The notes: generated by a model not told the origin, from the letters alone. Shown: positions 12,746-26,500, counted from the stretch's first letter. The stretch is 64,000 nucleotides of DNA from Squalus acanthias (GCA_030390025.1 CM059428.1:74524001-74588000); one strand, 5' to 3'. Numbers and translations are program-made.

Positions 12746-13551
12746 AGCTGAAATGGTAGGTGCTTCATTACCTCACAGTTCGAGACAATTGATGCCACTG
12801 CAGGAAGCTTTGTGCAAACAGAAAAGCCATACCAGTGGGGGACTTTAACCAACCTAATATCAATTGGCAATACTCAAGTGGTCTAGAATCTGAGCCAGTG
12901 AAGATAATGCATAACTGCTTTCGACCCAGTGTATTAAGGCTGCCATGAGAGGTATCTCACATCTCAAACTGGTAATGGCAAATGACCCAAATAGCAAACT
13001 GGGAATGTAAGCAGTGACAACCCTGTGTAGCAGTGACTGTAACACGATTAAATGATCTGGGATAAACCAATACAGCAAACCAATTTACAGTTATAAAAGA
13101 GCCAACTTCAAGGTAATGAAGAAATACCTTAAATAAATCAGTTGGGCGGGTAGTATTGATGTAAACCCCCGCTGAGGATAAATTAAATACTTTTAAGGAC
13201 GTGTTACTGAACATGCAGGGTATGTGCATACCAACAAATAATAAGCACAGACGAAACAAATGTGACTCTAAATGGATTAGCAAGATAATACAAAGTGAAA
13301 TAAAAAAACAAACTTTAAGGGCTCGATTTTAATAGCCCTGAGGAGGCGGGTTTGGAGGCAGGTCTGCAGCGAAAATCGGAAAAAATGGCTTCAGACACCC
13401 AACCCACCTCCATCCCACCTCTATCCCGCCCCCACCCAATTTTCGTGAGTGTTGGGTCAGCCACTCCCAAACTGACCCGACGGGACCCGGTGGGACAGGT
13501 AGTTAAGGCAGTTAACAGCCTGTTAACTCCCTTGCTAATCCTAATTTTATA

Positions 13552-14314
13552 GTGGTTTCCCATTGGTGCGAGATAGAATGTGGGTGCAGGGCGTCATAGA
13601 CTGCACACATATAGCCATGAGGGCCCCCTATCACAACTCTGCTGCATTTGTCAACCGCGAGGGATTCCACTCCCTAAATGTCCAACTGGTGTGTAACCAC
13701 AGGAAGATCATCATGCATGTTTGCACAAAGTACTCTGGCAGTTGCCATGACTCCTTCATCCTGCACCAGTCTACTGTGCCTCAGCTCTTCCATTCACCAA
13801 CCCAACTTGGCTTCTTGGCGACAAGGGCTATCCCTTGAAAAAGTGGCTTATTACACCGATGAGGAGGCCAACAAACGAGGCTGAGGAGCGCTACAATGTG
13901 AGTCACATATCCAACAGAAGTATCATCGAGCAAACCATCGGCTTGCTCAAAATGCGCTTCCGATGCCTCGACAGATCTGGTGGAGCCTTGCAGTATGCAC
14001 CAGCCATGGTGTCCAGAATCGTCGTGGTCTGCTGTGCCCTGCACAACATCGCACAGCAGCGCAGCTTACTGCTGCCGGAGGAACAAGTGGCTCAGCACAC
14101 AGCCTCCTCGGAAGAAGAGGAAGAGGACAAGGAAGAGGACGAGGAAGAGGACGAGGAAGAGGATGATGAGGAGAGCGAGGAAGAGGATGAGGAGGATGAT
14201 GAGGAGGACGGGGAGCGACGCCTTGCGGGGCCGGATGTGGCCAATCCAGCAGCAGGCGACCACATTGCTGGCCGTCAGGCAAGGGATGCACTCATCCACG
14301 CCAGATTCGCGTAA
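13552..14314 (+). pseudogene. Harbinger (HARBI1-like) DDE transposase core, N-terminus missing, one frameshift
   Basis: [20 protein letters not shown], shift near 13800, [34 protein letters not shown], acidic tail; AATAAA near 14383. Confidence 0.92.
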
Positions 14315-14485
14315 GCTTACGCTTCAACCACAGGAGATGAATATAAGTCCGGCATTCTCAAAACCCCAGGCATCATCTGTCCAATAAACGGTGGTTTGCG
14401 CTCAGTGTCACCACCAACATTCTAAATGGAATTCACCCTGAGCCCTCACTCTTGAACTTCCATTTCCCAGAACACAGAGGCCACA

Positions 14486-14726
14486 CTTTAGGTAATCTCA
14501 GCAGATCATTAAACCTTTTTCGACACTGAACCCATGTGCGTCTGCACACAGACCTTGAACTCACCTCCTCAGCAATTTGGAGCCAAGCTCCCTTGCTTTG
14601 TTGAGGAGGCCTCCTCCTTCCGTTTCCAGGGAAGAGGACCTCCTGACGTCCTCTAACTCCCTCAACAAGAGCATGGAGGGAGCCCTCATTGAACCTGGGT
14701 GCAGCCTTAGTTTTTGGGGCTGCCAT
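14486..14726 (-). pseudogene. Harbinger Myb/SANT-like DNA-binding protein, first exon
   Basis: ATG at 14726: MAAPKTKAAPRFNEGSLHALVEGV...AWLQIAEEVSS...RTWVQCRKRFNDL; open, no downstream exon seen. Confidence 0.85.
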
Positions 14727-16947
14727 TCCTGCAGCAGCCAGCACCTTTAACAGAAAAAAGCTTCTGCTTCTGCAAAGGGGACATGGCCCCTTTAAATCTT
14801 TCCTGAAACAACGCGTCATCAGAGGCGAGAACCTGACACTCTGCAAGCAATTTCCTGGAGGGACCCGCACGTCAGCAGTAACGAGGCCAATCAACCTAAG
14901 ATCTGATCTGCGGGGCGGCAGCAACTGGGAGCGGGTCTGGAAGACCTGCCTCCTTCATTAAAATCGAGCCCTAATAGTCTGTAGGAGAAAGATGAAGGAA
15001 ACTGCTGGGAATAATTCAGAAACCTGCAAAATTGTTTATAAAAAAGGTAGTCAGAGGGAATGGGAAATAAGCAGAGCAGTAAGATATAAACACAACAGCA
15101 AGAAATTCTTGCAACATTAATTGAGATCCTTTAAAATGGAAGAATGAAACTAAAGCTCCAATTTTAATCCTGCCCATCCAGTTGGAACGGTGCGGGCGGG
15201 GTTTTAAAATGGCGGCCGGACGGAACCCACTGCATTCCCACAGCGTTCCTGTCCCCTCCACCGCCATTTTAATTTGCAGGTTTTCGGGAGCATGGAGGCC
15301 GCCCACCACAGGCAGGCAGAATTAAAAATATAGATATTGAAATGTCAGGACCCGATGATAGAATTCAGTCCCCGACATAATTTAACTGTGAGATGTGTGA
15401 ATCACGCACAATTTCTAAGCCTCCGTCAAAAGTTGGCGCAAGCAGCATCAGGGCAGAAGAGGACCAGGTAAGTAGTAAATTTCAAATTATTTGAAACATT
15501 CCTCCTGGTCAAACAAGGAAACCTTGGACCTCCTTCAGCCACAATCAGTCCGGATCCCATCATGCCTGACTTACGTTGCCGTGAACAGTCTCTTTCAGTT
15601 CATGGCAGCAGCCTGCAGCCGCACAATTTCCCATTCCTGCCCGCCTGCCTCTATGTCATCCCTGGCGGGCTTCAGGCGAGAGTCCGTGAGGGAACATTAA
15701 AATGAGGTTCGGAAACTAAATCGGCGGTGGTTGGACGGATTACCATCCGCTTTGGCCCCCGCACCCCTGATACACACCCTAGGTTATAATCTGGGTTTAA
15801 GGGTGAACTAAAATTAGCCAACATATTAAATGATTACTCTCTGGAAGTAGTCATTAGAGAAAACATTATAGCATGCCAACCATTTCAAGACTAAATTTAA
15901 CAGGGCAGATTTCTTTTGCGTTTGGATGTAAATAATCGTCATGACACAGTGCTCCTCTCAGGTGATGATGCAAAAACGCAAAATGGGAAATATACCCCAA
16001 TGACTTTGACAACACTTGCAAGGAAGTCACAGACGAGGCTCAAAACCAATTAATCCTCAGGTACAGGTGGTTTATACCCAAGGATGTTGTGCTGATTAGG
16101 GATCAAATATACAAAATACTGACAGTCATTTTGTGAGAACCAGGGAAGTCCCACTGAATGGGAAACAAGCCAATGTGGTATCTATTTTCAAAAAAGGTAA
16201 TAAAACAAACCAGGTAATTATTTAACATCCTCCTCCCATTCCCACTCTAACCTCTCTATAATTGGCCTTGTGCACTGTTCCAACAAAGCTCAATTCAAGC
16301 TTCAAGAACAATATCTCTTCTTCCTTCTAGGCACCCCACAACTCTATGGTCTTAACAATAACTTCAGTAACTTCAGACTTCAGCTATATCACCATTTGCA
16401 AACCTCCATCCCACCCGTTTTTTTCCCCCATGTTTTCTATCTCTCCTATTTATTTGCATTTCTCAGGCCTCCCATTTCCTTAGCTATTCACATAGTCTCT
16501 GTTTCAGCAATGTCTTAAGGCTTCTGTTTATTACTTGACTGAGATCACTGGTACATCATTCAACTCATGATTCCTCTCTGGGTTTGTCTGATTCCCTTCT
16601 CCTTTTTCTGATAGTATTAATATGCTTGTCTGCCTCTTATGTTTCAATTCTGAAGAGGTATCCTCACCTGAAATGGTAACTGGCCTGTTCTCTCCACAGA
16701 TGACGATTGACTTCCCATGTTTCCTGCATTTTCTGTTTTCGTTTCATGCAACTGAAGACCTATTAGTCTTACATTAATTACTGGCATAATAATGGAATCA
16801 ACCATCAGGAACAAACCTGAAAATTGCCTATATGAAAAAACTTAGTAATTGGCTGCCGACATGGTTTCAGAAGGAGGAGATCCTGCCTGACTTGATTTTT
16901 TTGAGGAGGTGACATCCCAAGTAGATGTTGGAAAGCCCTAAGACTAA

Positions 16948-17793
16948 GGGGGTGATTTTATCAATGGGGACATGATGGAGGCAGGAAAGCTGCTTGTCGG
17001 GTTTCAGTCCCGCCTCCATCGACGTCTGGCCAACCCACGCTATTTTCCCTTGATTGACCTTGTTAAGCCTGCCCAGCGGGCTTAGCCGGCCAATTAAGGG
17101 AAAGCTGGTGACAGATGATGTCAGCGAATGACGTTTCATCTGTCAAGATTTTTTGACAGATGAATTGTCATCGTTTGACAGCTCTGTGAAGCTGTCAAAC
17201 ACTGACAAACTGTCTTCTAAGTTGAGTCCTTGTACTCAAGACTCACTTAGAAAGCTTTCCTGAACAGAAAGCAGAAGGCTGCTGCATTTAAGAATGCAGC
17301 GGCCATCCTGCTTTCTCTGCCGGTGAGATGAGGCAGCTCCGCAACCTAAAGGGATGAAGCCTGGAGGAAGAAGCAAAGGTAAGTAATCTTATCAAAACAC
17401 TTTAGAGTCACCTCACACACTTACCTCTCCACACTTGCACTCATCACTCACCTGCACACCGGACATTTCGGCCCCTCTGACCCCCACAGACCCACAGCTC
17501 GCCTCGCTGAACCTGGCGAGGTTCGGAGCCATCGGGAAGCCCACACTTTAGGGCTCAAAATAGGGATTATCCAAAAAACTGCCTGTTCACTACCTGTTAA
17601 CAGGCAGTTAATTGGCACTAATCCCCTTCCTGCCTCGAGGAGACGGGACCCGGCGCGGGTCGGGTACCCGCCTCCTGGGAAGATGGCACGGAGGCGGGTT
17701 GGGGGCGGGATGGGTGCCCGCTCCCAGATTCTGCCATTTTCCCGGCAGTCCCGCCTCCATACACACTTCCCCAGGGCTGGGAAAATCGCCCCC
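16948..17793. mobile_element. Harbinger-type non-autonomous element
   Basis: TIRs GGGGGTGATTTT / AAAATCGCCCCC; flanks TAA and TTA; splits a CR1 GKP-D-VCLDFQ motif. Confidence 0.8.
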
Positions 17794-18036
17794 TTAGTGT
17801 GCCTAGATTTCCAAATATCAATCATTAAAGATCTGCACAAAAGGCTCCTACATAAACTTAAGGCAATGAAAGAGGAAGCAGCGGGTAATAGCTAGGCAAA
17901 TTATGTCAGGCTGGAGACATGTTCTGATTGGAGTGCCTCCTGGGACCCCTACTATTTCTAATCTATATTAATGAACTTGATTTAAAAATGCGATGTAAAT
18001 TGGTCAAGTGACACAAAAAATAGGTGACATTCTTAA

Positions 18037-18306
18037 ACATAGAAACATAGAATCTAGGAGCAGGAGTAGGCCATTCGGCCCTTCGAGCCTGCTCCGCCAT
18101 TCAATACGATCATGGCTGATCATCCAAATTCAGTACCCTGTCGCTGCTTTAATCCCCACAGTACACATACCCCACCCTACCCCCGTGTATTTAATTCCCC
18201 CTAACATATCCCATCCTATCCCCATAACCCCACATATTTAATTCCCCCTAACACTAAGGGTCAATTTATCATAGCCAAATCAACCTAACCCACACATTTT
18301 TGGACA
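18037..18306 (-). mobile_element. V-SINE (HE1-like) with CR1 tail, 5'-truncated
   Basis: Reverse tail ACATAGAAACATAGAA; V-domain-like AATCAACCTAACCCACAC; near-identical to 43528-43791. Confidence 0.75.
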
Positions 18307-19322
18307 TTAATGAATGTTGTTGAACTTATTACAGAAGAGGCAAAAAAAGCTTGGGAATGAAAGTAGACTGTCATATCAAATATAAAAACATCAGAAATAA
18401 TGCTGCTTGGAGTTAATTTTGAATGGAATCCCTTGTCGTAAATGTAGTTTTAAGGAGAATCAACCATTCTAAACATTTGACTTAAGTGACATAATCAAAG
18501 CTAGATATGTCCTGGAGGGTAACCAATCAACCACCAGGATTTCCTTCTTTTCATGTTAGAATCCACACATTCTGAAATTAAGTTGTGAAATATTTGCACA
18601 CAAATGCTTAACATCTTAACCTGAAATTCCTCTGTATACTATTTCAACAGAGTTTAAAATAAATGGGTAACGTCTCCACTATTATTTCTGAGGGAGGAAT
18701 TTCAGTGTTTGGTGGTCATTTTGACTTTTGGCGATAGTGTGAAACATGCATTATTGGCTCAGCCACCTGTTAAACACCTCTCCCCATTTTTGTTTCCATT
18801 GACCTCAACTGACACTGGAGAGGTACCAGTAGATCGGAAACAGGTTAATATGGTGCCCATTTTCAAAAAGACTGACAAACAGCAACAGGCAAACTTACTA
18901 GTCTTACTTCAAATCTCCATAAAATAATGGAATTGATTATCAGGAGTAAACTTGATGATTATATGCAGAACAACAACCTAGTAAACAGCAGTCAACATGG
19001 ATTCAGAGGGGAAAATCTTGCCTGATCTCCGTCCTCAACTTCTTGAGGAAGTGAGAACCCAAGTGGGTGCAACATTTAAACAGAATTACATAGAAATTAC
19101 AACCAGTCCATGTTGGTGTTTATCCTCTACACATGCAGTATTTCTAATCCCATGTGCCCACCCTGTTCCCATGTCACTTTATTCTCTTTTTCTTCAAGTT
19201 ATTTTAAGAATGATTTTTTTCCTTCTTGCCAATTTTCTCTGTTCCTCTCCTGAAGGCATTTACTCCCGGCTGAAGTATGGTTTCATGAGCACTAGTCACC
19301 CTCCGGTACCTCACCCAAGTTT

Positions 19323-19670
19323 CTTTTTATTAATTCACTGGAAAGGCCAGCATTTATTGCCCATCCCTAATTGCCCTTGCGAAAGTGGTGGTGAGCCGCC
19401 TTCTTGAACCGCTGCAGTCTGTGTGGTGAAGGTACTCCCACAGTTAGCTAGGGAGTTACAGGATTTTGACCCAGCGATGATGAAGGAACGGCGATATATT
19501 TGTAAGTCAGGATGGTGTGTGACTTGGATGGGAACTTGTAGGTGGTGGTGTTCCCATGCGCCTGCTGCCCTTGTCCTTCTAGGTGGTAGAGGTCGCGGGT
19601 TTGGGAGGTGCTGTCAAAGAATCCTTGGCGAGTTGTTGTAGTGCATCTTGTAGATGGTATGCACTGCACT
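19323..19670 (-). mobile_element. CR1-group LINE (third family), 3' fragment
   Basis: Reverse-complement match to ~11810-12150. Confidence 0.8.
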
Positions 19671-19680
19671 GTTGGAGGAA

Positions 19681-20573
19681 GGGGGGAAAATTCAGTTGGT
19701 TGCGCCTCCCGTTAGCACCTTAAGAGGGCGCTAATGGGGCGCAAAGCATCTAGCGCCCAGGCGCGGCAAAGTTTGCGCCGCTCGCGAAATTAACTAGACA
19801 TTTTGCGGCGGCGCTAAACACTACCGCCACGATCTCCTGCGCCGGCAGATCGTGACGTCAGTCGAGTGCGCAACGCCCCGGTATCGCCCCGGAGCGGATA
19901 TTGAGTGGCGCCCCCTGCCTTACCGCCTGACGCTAGCAACGACAGTTTGAGTGGAGCGTTCTGCAGTCATGAAGGGAAAGGGGGAACGCTATTTAAAGGT
20001 GACCGCTTCCTGCCTTTGATTGTTGGTGCCATTTTTGAACTACGCATTCTGAGAGAGAGAGAGAGAGACTTCTGGAGAGATTCAACGTTGTGTGAAGGAG
20101 TTTTGGGTACTGAGCAGCACTTTGCAGCTTCATTTTGATTTGCCATTCCTTGTATCGATTTAGAAGAGACTGTGGGGGCTGCACTCTGAGCTCTTTGCCT
20201 GGTACTCTCCATTGTTCTTTCCAGCAGATTTGATGTGCAGGTCTCTCCAGGCCGAGATTCAAGGCTGCAATTAGCAGGATGTGGATGGAAAGTGAGATTA
20301 ACCATCCCCTTTAAGAACTGGCCCGTGCCATTGTGTGTGTGTTCCATTGCTGACTGACATTACATGAGCTTCGCCAGCGCTCTGAGGTAGCGCCTCGCTC
20401 CTCGGCCTTTGTGCCTTAAGACAGGTGTGAAGTGCCTGATTTAGCGCTCCAATCACCTCCAGGGGCGATAAAAGTCAAGTTTGCAGTCGGTGGCGATAAT
20501 TAGTGCCAGGCGCTAATCTTTGCGCCCGGCCGATAATTGCGCCCCAAATGGGGCGATACTGAATTTCTCCCCC
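19681..20573. mobile_element. Harbinger-type MITE with GC-rich subterminal repeats
   Basis: TIRs GGGGGGAAAATTCAGT / ACTGAATTTCTCCCCC; flanks GAA and TAA; left arm homologous to the element at 28957. Confidence 0.8.
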
Positions 20574-21571
20574 TAAGTGTCATCCGGCTATTGTACCATG
20601 AGAAGCATCACAAGACAGTCCCAGCAAGTGTTGCTTGATCTGGAGCAGGAACCCTGGATGATTTTCTTCCCCTCCTTAACCCAGGGGCTTGGAAATGACC
20701 ACGTATCTGGCTCAGATCAGCTAACTCAGCACACACTTCAAATATGGGACATTCCTGATATTTATGTCTCAGCTCCTCACTGGAATAAACTTGCTCAGCT
20801 ATCGGGGAAGCTTAGCATCCATCCCTATACCTGGAAAACATCAAGTGCACCTAATACGCTGTCACCTCTATAAACTAATTTTTCTCACTTGTGCATGCAT
20901 CATAGGGCCTTTTTAATTTACATTTTTATTATTGAGTGCATGGTGCTGGTAAAAAAATGTGTCCTAGCATCTTGATAACAAACTCTTGTATTCTTTGATT
21001 TGTCAGTCTCTGGAAAACAGTGACCCAAATGCAGCTTACTCGGTAGCTTTTTAGTTGACCCTTTGTGAGTTGAATTTGAGCAACCAGTTAATAGTGCAAT
21101 CCTCTTGGGTCTATCCTTCAGAGTTTAAAAGCAAAGTATTGATTCTCAGTTACCCTATTTCAACTGTGCTTCACTTACTTCTAATTACCTTGTTAATCCC
21201 TGATAGACATCTGGGGCACATAGGTTCCATTTGGAAATGTGGCAAAGTTGTGCATTGTCTGTGCAACATTTTTTTTCCCTAGTAATAGTCCCAGAAATGT
21301 CAACACCTCTGAGATTGAATAGTACAAACCAAACCATCAGTGACACCAGCAGACATGATTCCACACACTCCAGTGTGGTTCAATCAGGTCACAATGATCC
21401 CAATTGGTTTCATCTGTACATAAAGTTAAGATAGAAATCAAAGAAAGAAAAGAAAAACTTGCATTTATATAATGCCTTTCACGACCACCGGACATCTCAC
21501 AGCGCTTTACAGCCAATGAAGTACTTTTGGAGCGTAGTCACTGTTGCAATGTGGGTTTTAAATTTCGTCTC

Positions 21572-22336
21572 CAGGCTTTTAAGGTAACATTCGCGCCACA
21601 GAAGTGCCAGGCAATGACTGTCTCCAACAAGCGAGAGTCTAACCACCTCCCCTTGACATTCAATGGCATTACCATCGCCGAATCCCCCACCATCAACATC
21701 CTGAGGGTCACCATTGACCAGAAATTGACTGGACCAGCCACATAAATACTGTGTCAACAATAGCAGGTCAAAGGCTAGGTATTCTGCGGCGAGTGTCTCA
21801 CCTCCTGACTCCCCAAAGCCTTTCCACCATCTACAAGGCACAAGTAAGGAGTGTGATGGAATACTCTCCACTTGCCTGGATGAGTGCAGCTCCAACAACA
21901 CTCAAGAAGCTCGACACCATCCAGGACAAAGTAGCCCGTTTGATTGGCACCCCATCCACCTGAAACATTCACTCCCTCCACCTACAAGATGCACTGCAGC
22001 AACTCGCCAAGGCTTCTTCGGCAGCACCTCCCAAACCCGCGACCTCGTCCACCTAGAAGGACAAGGGCAGCAGGCGCATGGGAACACCACCACCTCCAAG
22101 TTCCCCTCCAATTCACACACCATCCTGGCTTAGAAATATATCACCGATCCTTCATCGTCGCTGGGTCAAAATCCTGGAACTCCCTACCTAACAGCACTGT
22201 GAGAGTACCTTCACCACATAGACTGCAGCGGTTCAAGAAGACGGCTCACCACCACCTTCTCAAGGGCAATTAGGGATGGGCAATAAATGCTGGCCTTGCC
22301 AGCGACGCCCACATCCCATAAGCGAATTTAAAAAAA
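21572..22336 (+). mobile_element. CR1-group LINE (third family), 3' fragment
   Basis: AGQRLGILRRVSHLLTPQSLSTIYKAQVRSVMEYSPLAW; A-rich tail. Confidence 0.85.
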
Positions 22337-22679
22337 GGTAAATTTCCTTACAATAAATGAATCCATTTCTTGAACACATAAACAGTGAGTAACTATCTAG
22401 AAGTTAGCAAACACAGAATGTGAAAATTGACCTGTGTCAGTTTGGGAATGTTATAAACACTGTCAGTCAGCAAAGAACACTCTCTGAGGTTGTTTCCTTC
22501 CAATTTTACTTCCTTATTCCCAAAATACACATAAATTCTCCTTCCAAATACCGTCCATTTATTTCCTATTTCACTATCTATATAACCTCTCTCCTCCAGT
22601 TCAGGTTTGTCAGATTTTGATCAAATTGTTCAGCTCAGCATACTCCATATTTCCATCTTTTGTAGGCTACACATCATCT

Positions 22680-22870
22680 ATAGGTCCAAGATGGACACGG
22701 CTCATGGCGAGGGGGGCATTGGTGGGGGTCACTCTGGCTGACAGCCTCTCTTCTGGGATCTTGTCCATGCCCGGGTGACCCTGGGGAAGGAGCTTGCGAT
22801 ACGCCAGCCTTCTGTGACCGGTGGCCACCGCAGGGCCGGGAGCATCTTATAGGCGTAAATAATATTATAA
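22680..22870 (+). mobile_element. Possible Tx1/L1-clade 3' fragment
   Basis: ARVTLGKELA and CDRWPPQG resemble recalled Tx1 ORF2 C-termini; followed by AT-rich sequence. Confidence 0.4.
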
Positions 22871-23246
22871 TTTATTTTTATAAGTTTCCTTTGTTTTGGT
22901 GAATGTATATGTTAATTTGAGGTTTTTTTCTTATTAGTTGTGCCCGTTATATAAAAAAGAGTGAGGGGCACATGTAAAAATATTATTTTTGATGACGCTG
23001 GGGCACCCAGTGTAATCCTTATAGATTTGTTGGAAAAGGCAGTCTATATACTTTAGAGGATTTATCTTGGGGCCACCTCGTGGAGTCCTCCTTATACTTA
23101 CTTACTGTAAGACATGACATGACAATATACTTTGGGTTGCTGCCATCCTTTCCAGTCTCCAGGTGTGTGTGTATGCTCTGGAAATCTGTAGGTAGCTAGA
23201 TGTTTGCTGAATATTAGGTATGAAATTTGTATAATGTGCTGTGTGG

Positions 23247-23515
23247 TTATAATCGCTCAACCATTGGTGGCCGTGCCTTCTGTTGCCTAGGCCCTAAGCT
23301 CTGGAATTCCCTCCCTAAACCTCTCCGCCTCTCTTTCCTCCTTTAAGACGCTCCTTAAAACCTACCTCTTTGACCAAGCTTTTGGTCATCTGCCCTAATT
23401 TCTCCTTATGTGGCTCAGTGTCAAATATTTTGTCTTATAACACTCCTGTGGCGCACCTTCGGATGCTTTACTACGTTAAAGGCGCTATATAAATACAAGT
23501 TGTTGTTGTTGGTTG
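23247..23515 (+). mobile_element. L2 3' end fragment
   Basis: High similarity to 1020-1297 including the (TTG)n tail. Confidence 0.85.
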
Positions 23516-26500
23516 TTCCAGTCTGAGTTACAGAATCAATAATCTCAATCATTTGTTTCAAGAGTGTAGATGGCGTACCGTCAGAGTACCGTCATCTTGG
23601 AAATTGACCCCGGCGAGAATATAGCCTGTGAATGGATGGCTGGCCCAGATCAGGGGAGGGAAGTTGTGCCTTTCTGGAGGTCTGAAGGCGTTGATGGCAG
23701 CTCTCTATTCCGATCCTCCAATCTGAAAGGGTTGGCAGCAACCTCTCACACTCACTTTCTCTGGAAAATCCTCTTCTTTGCTGACCACCCAAAGGAATCC
23801 TGGGAAATCAAGGAGGCGCTATGATGTAACTTCCACATCACTTTCATTAAACTAAATGTCAGCCCCGGTTTCGGGCAGGAACTCCTCACCCATGCCACCG
23901 AAATACGTGTCACCCAGTGTTATGAGTGTCACTCCAGTTTCCTCTGCCTAATGCCCCAGAACCAGGTGTGCACGGAGTGTTCGGCAGAGGAAATCAGCCC
24001 CATTGTTTCTAAACACTTCATGAAGCAGGATGTGATTGGAGCGAAGGGGACGCCAAACATCTGCGGCCACTGAAGACTAATGTCTGCAGCAGTTTAAAGG
24101 GGTGAACCCAGCGATAATGGGGCAGACGGGCATGGAAAATTGGGCGGGGACCCGGGAAGTCAAATCTCTTGCCCCTGTTTGCAACTAGATGTATTTTCTG
24201 CCAGAAGGGACAAACATGGGCAGGTGCATTCAGATTTGGCAATAATGATGGAGTGGCACCTTACATCACATTTTCCACCATTATCACCATAGCGATGCTG
24301 AATGGTAACAATGGCAGCAATCAGCATGTTCAGTGTTGCTAGGGGAGGTGGAATGCCAGCAATTCTGTCAATAACCAAAAAAGGACAGTTAATGTTATTG
24401 CGGGCAATGAATTGGCAATTCCACAGCAGTAGAATTTTCTAATTGGTCAGACGCAACACAACATCTTGTTAAATCTGAGACTACCTGCTCCTTTAAGCTG
24501 CAGCAGGTGTATGTCTCCCGCAGCAGTGGCCATTCCCTGCCCCCCTCCCACCCCGCAAGTGTGGATCACCCAAGTGCAAGCATGAATACCAGTGGGAACT
24601 CACCCAATAAATTTAAACTAGGCAGACCCTGGGAAATCTGATGTGTCAGCAGCAGGTCAGTCATACGGGCACAAAGCCCATCCTGCCCACTTAATGCCGG
24701 AAAACCTGCCATGAGCAAAACGATGTACTCAAGGTGTGTTCTGTCTGGAGCACTATAAAGTTTGATCACTACCTGCTCTGAAATTGGGCAGGATCACAGA
24801 GGAAAAAATGGAAAAATTGTGCAGTGAGGCCTACTGATGACCACCTCGACCAGGATTTCCTGCCCCCACTGGTACAGCCACTGGCTATTTCTTCCCCACC
24901 CTCCATATGCAATTTGTGATGGGGTCTGGGTCTCTGATGGATTTTCCTTTAATCTGCCTGTTACCACCGGTTTCAGGGGCCAACTTGGGGAAGATGGCAG
25001 TAGACCCCGAGAAGTGGCGGTAATGTTTCTGAGGTGACCCCAATGGAGGGAGATGGCCTGGTAGTGGCCTCCAAACCCACCATTCCACTCTCGCCATTTA
25101 CCTGTTAAAGGCACTGGTCTCAATCGATGCCTTCATTAGGACACCTCCTCTAATTTTCAGGGTACTTCAGCCACTTTAACGCCACTTCAAGTTCTGTTGC
25201 TGCAGCAATGTCCACACTGCAGCAACAATGGGATTCTCCACCCTGGCACTGACTAGCTCCCTCTTTATGGTGGAAAATTTGCTGGGGTCTGCAACTATAA
25301 TAAGTTCTGAGCCAGGAAAATGGGTCAGGCTGGGGTCCTGCCCCAATCCACCAAAACCATGCCCAAAGGCGAGCATTAGTTTACCACCCCACCCACCCCC
25401 CGCTCCCCCCCATGTTTCTCATATCTTCTCTTGTAGATACTTTGGGGCACCAATCATTCAAAATATTTACTATCTTGTCCTTATCCTCAGTTTGAGTCCA
25501 TTCCATCTTTTATGGTTATCACCTCATCTCTGACTACCCTGTAGTAGTGAAGGTATTTTGTATGTTTTGTTTGGCCTGTGCTCCTCTGATCACCATTTTA
25601 ATGTATTTCTACATTAACTTCCAAGTGAATGCCTTCTCCTTTCTCGCTGCAGGATTTGTAGAAGTCATTTTTTTCCTTTATTTCACTTCTGTTTTGTTTG
25701 CTAATCCATTTAGGATCACTGTTGTTTAGTCTGAGCTTTGTTAGGGATATATTTATCCTGCATGCTCTGCTTTATTCATTTTAAGGTGTTCCACTTATCT
25801 GCTATTGAAATGTTGTTGAGCAACCTACCCATTCCATTTGCTCTAGGTATTGCCTCATTTCTTTGAATTTAACCCTTTTAAAGTTATAGACCTGAATATT
25901 GGTCTTAGGTATTTCCAAACTATGGGCTTCCACTGCCTTTGCTTATGCTATGAATCTTATATCATCATGTGGATTGAACTATAGAGTGAGCTTTGCAGTG
26001 TGAATGCTATAGTTTGGATCTCACCAACATGACCCAAACTGGAATGTCACACTGGACAGCTGCAGCATGTGCCCATTATGCTCATTTCTTGTCCCACAGG
26101 ATCTGGCCAGGCTAGCACTAACTGTTTACATTAGTAACTAAATGTAGTTCAACTCAGTGCTCTGTCCAAAGCCAATCTGTTTACCAGTTATTTTTTTTTA
26201 ACCCCAACTGGCACAAATATGGCTACAGGTCAACAAATGCACTGATGCTCATCCCAGTACAGACCAGTATAGTATCAGTCTAGCTCCAGCTCAGACCTGA
26301 AACTCTTGCTTCACTCCAAGCAGGAATTCTTGTTTCTTGTGATAATTATTTTCTGGATCACAAATTCCCACCCACAATTTGGGATATAGAGTCTGATCCC
26401 ACTATAAACCAACAGCATCAAGATAGAAACTAGAGCAGAGAATGACAGTGAAGAATGGCGAGTGTCTCTCTGTGAACTAGTGAAAGGGAAATGTGTCACT

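Larger units (their letters stand above)
13319..14971. mobile_element. PIF/Harbinger DNA transposon, internally deleted
   Basis: Perfect 15-bp TIRs GGGCTCGATTTTAAT / ATTAAAATCGAGCCC; TAA duplication at 13316-13318 and 14972-14974; transposase and Myb genes inside. Confidence 0.95.
12950..18400 (+). mobile_element. Old, heavily decayed CR1 ORF2 fragmented by later insertions
   Basis: Colinear remnants ANFKVM, KWISK, LANILNDY, ANVVSIFKKG, RPISLT, CLDFQ and DTKIG-like across the interval. Confidence 0.65.

Noticed and set aside
13947-14387. Arg-, Pro- and Leu-rich ORFs in other frames
   Set aside because: Shadow frames of the GAG/GAT-rich acidic tail of the transposase
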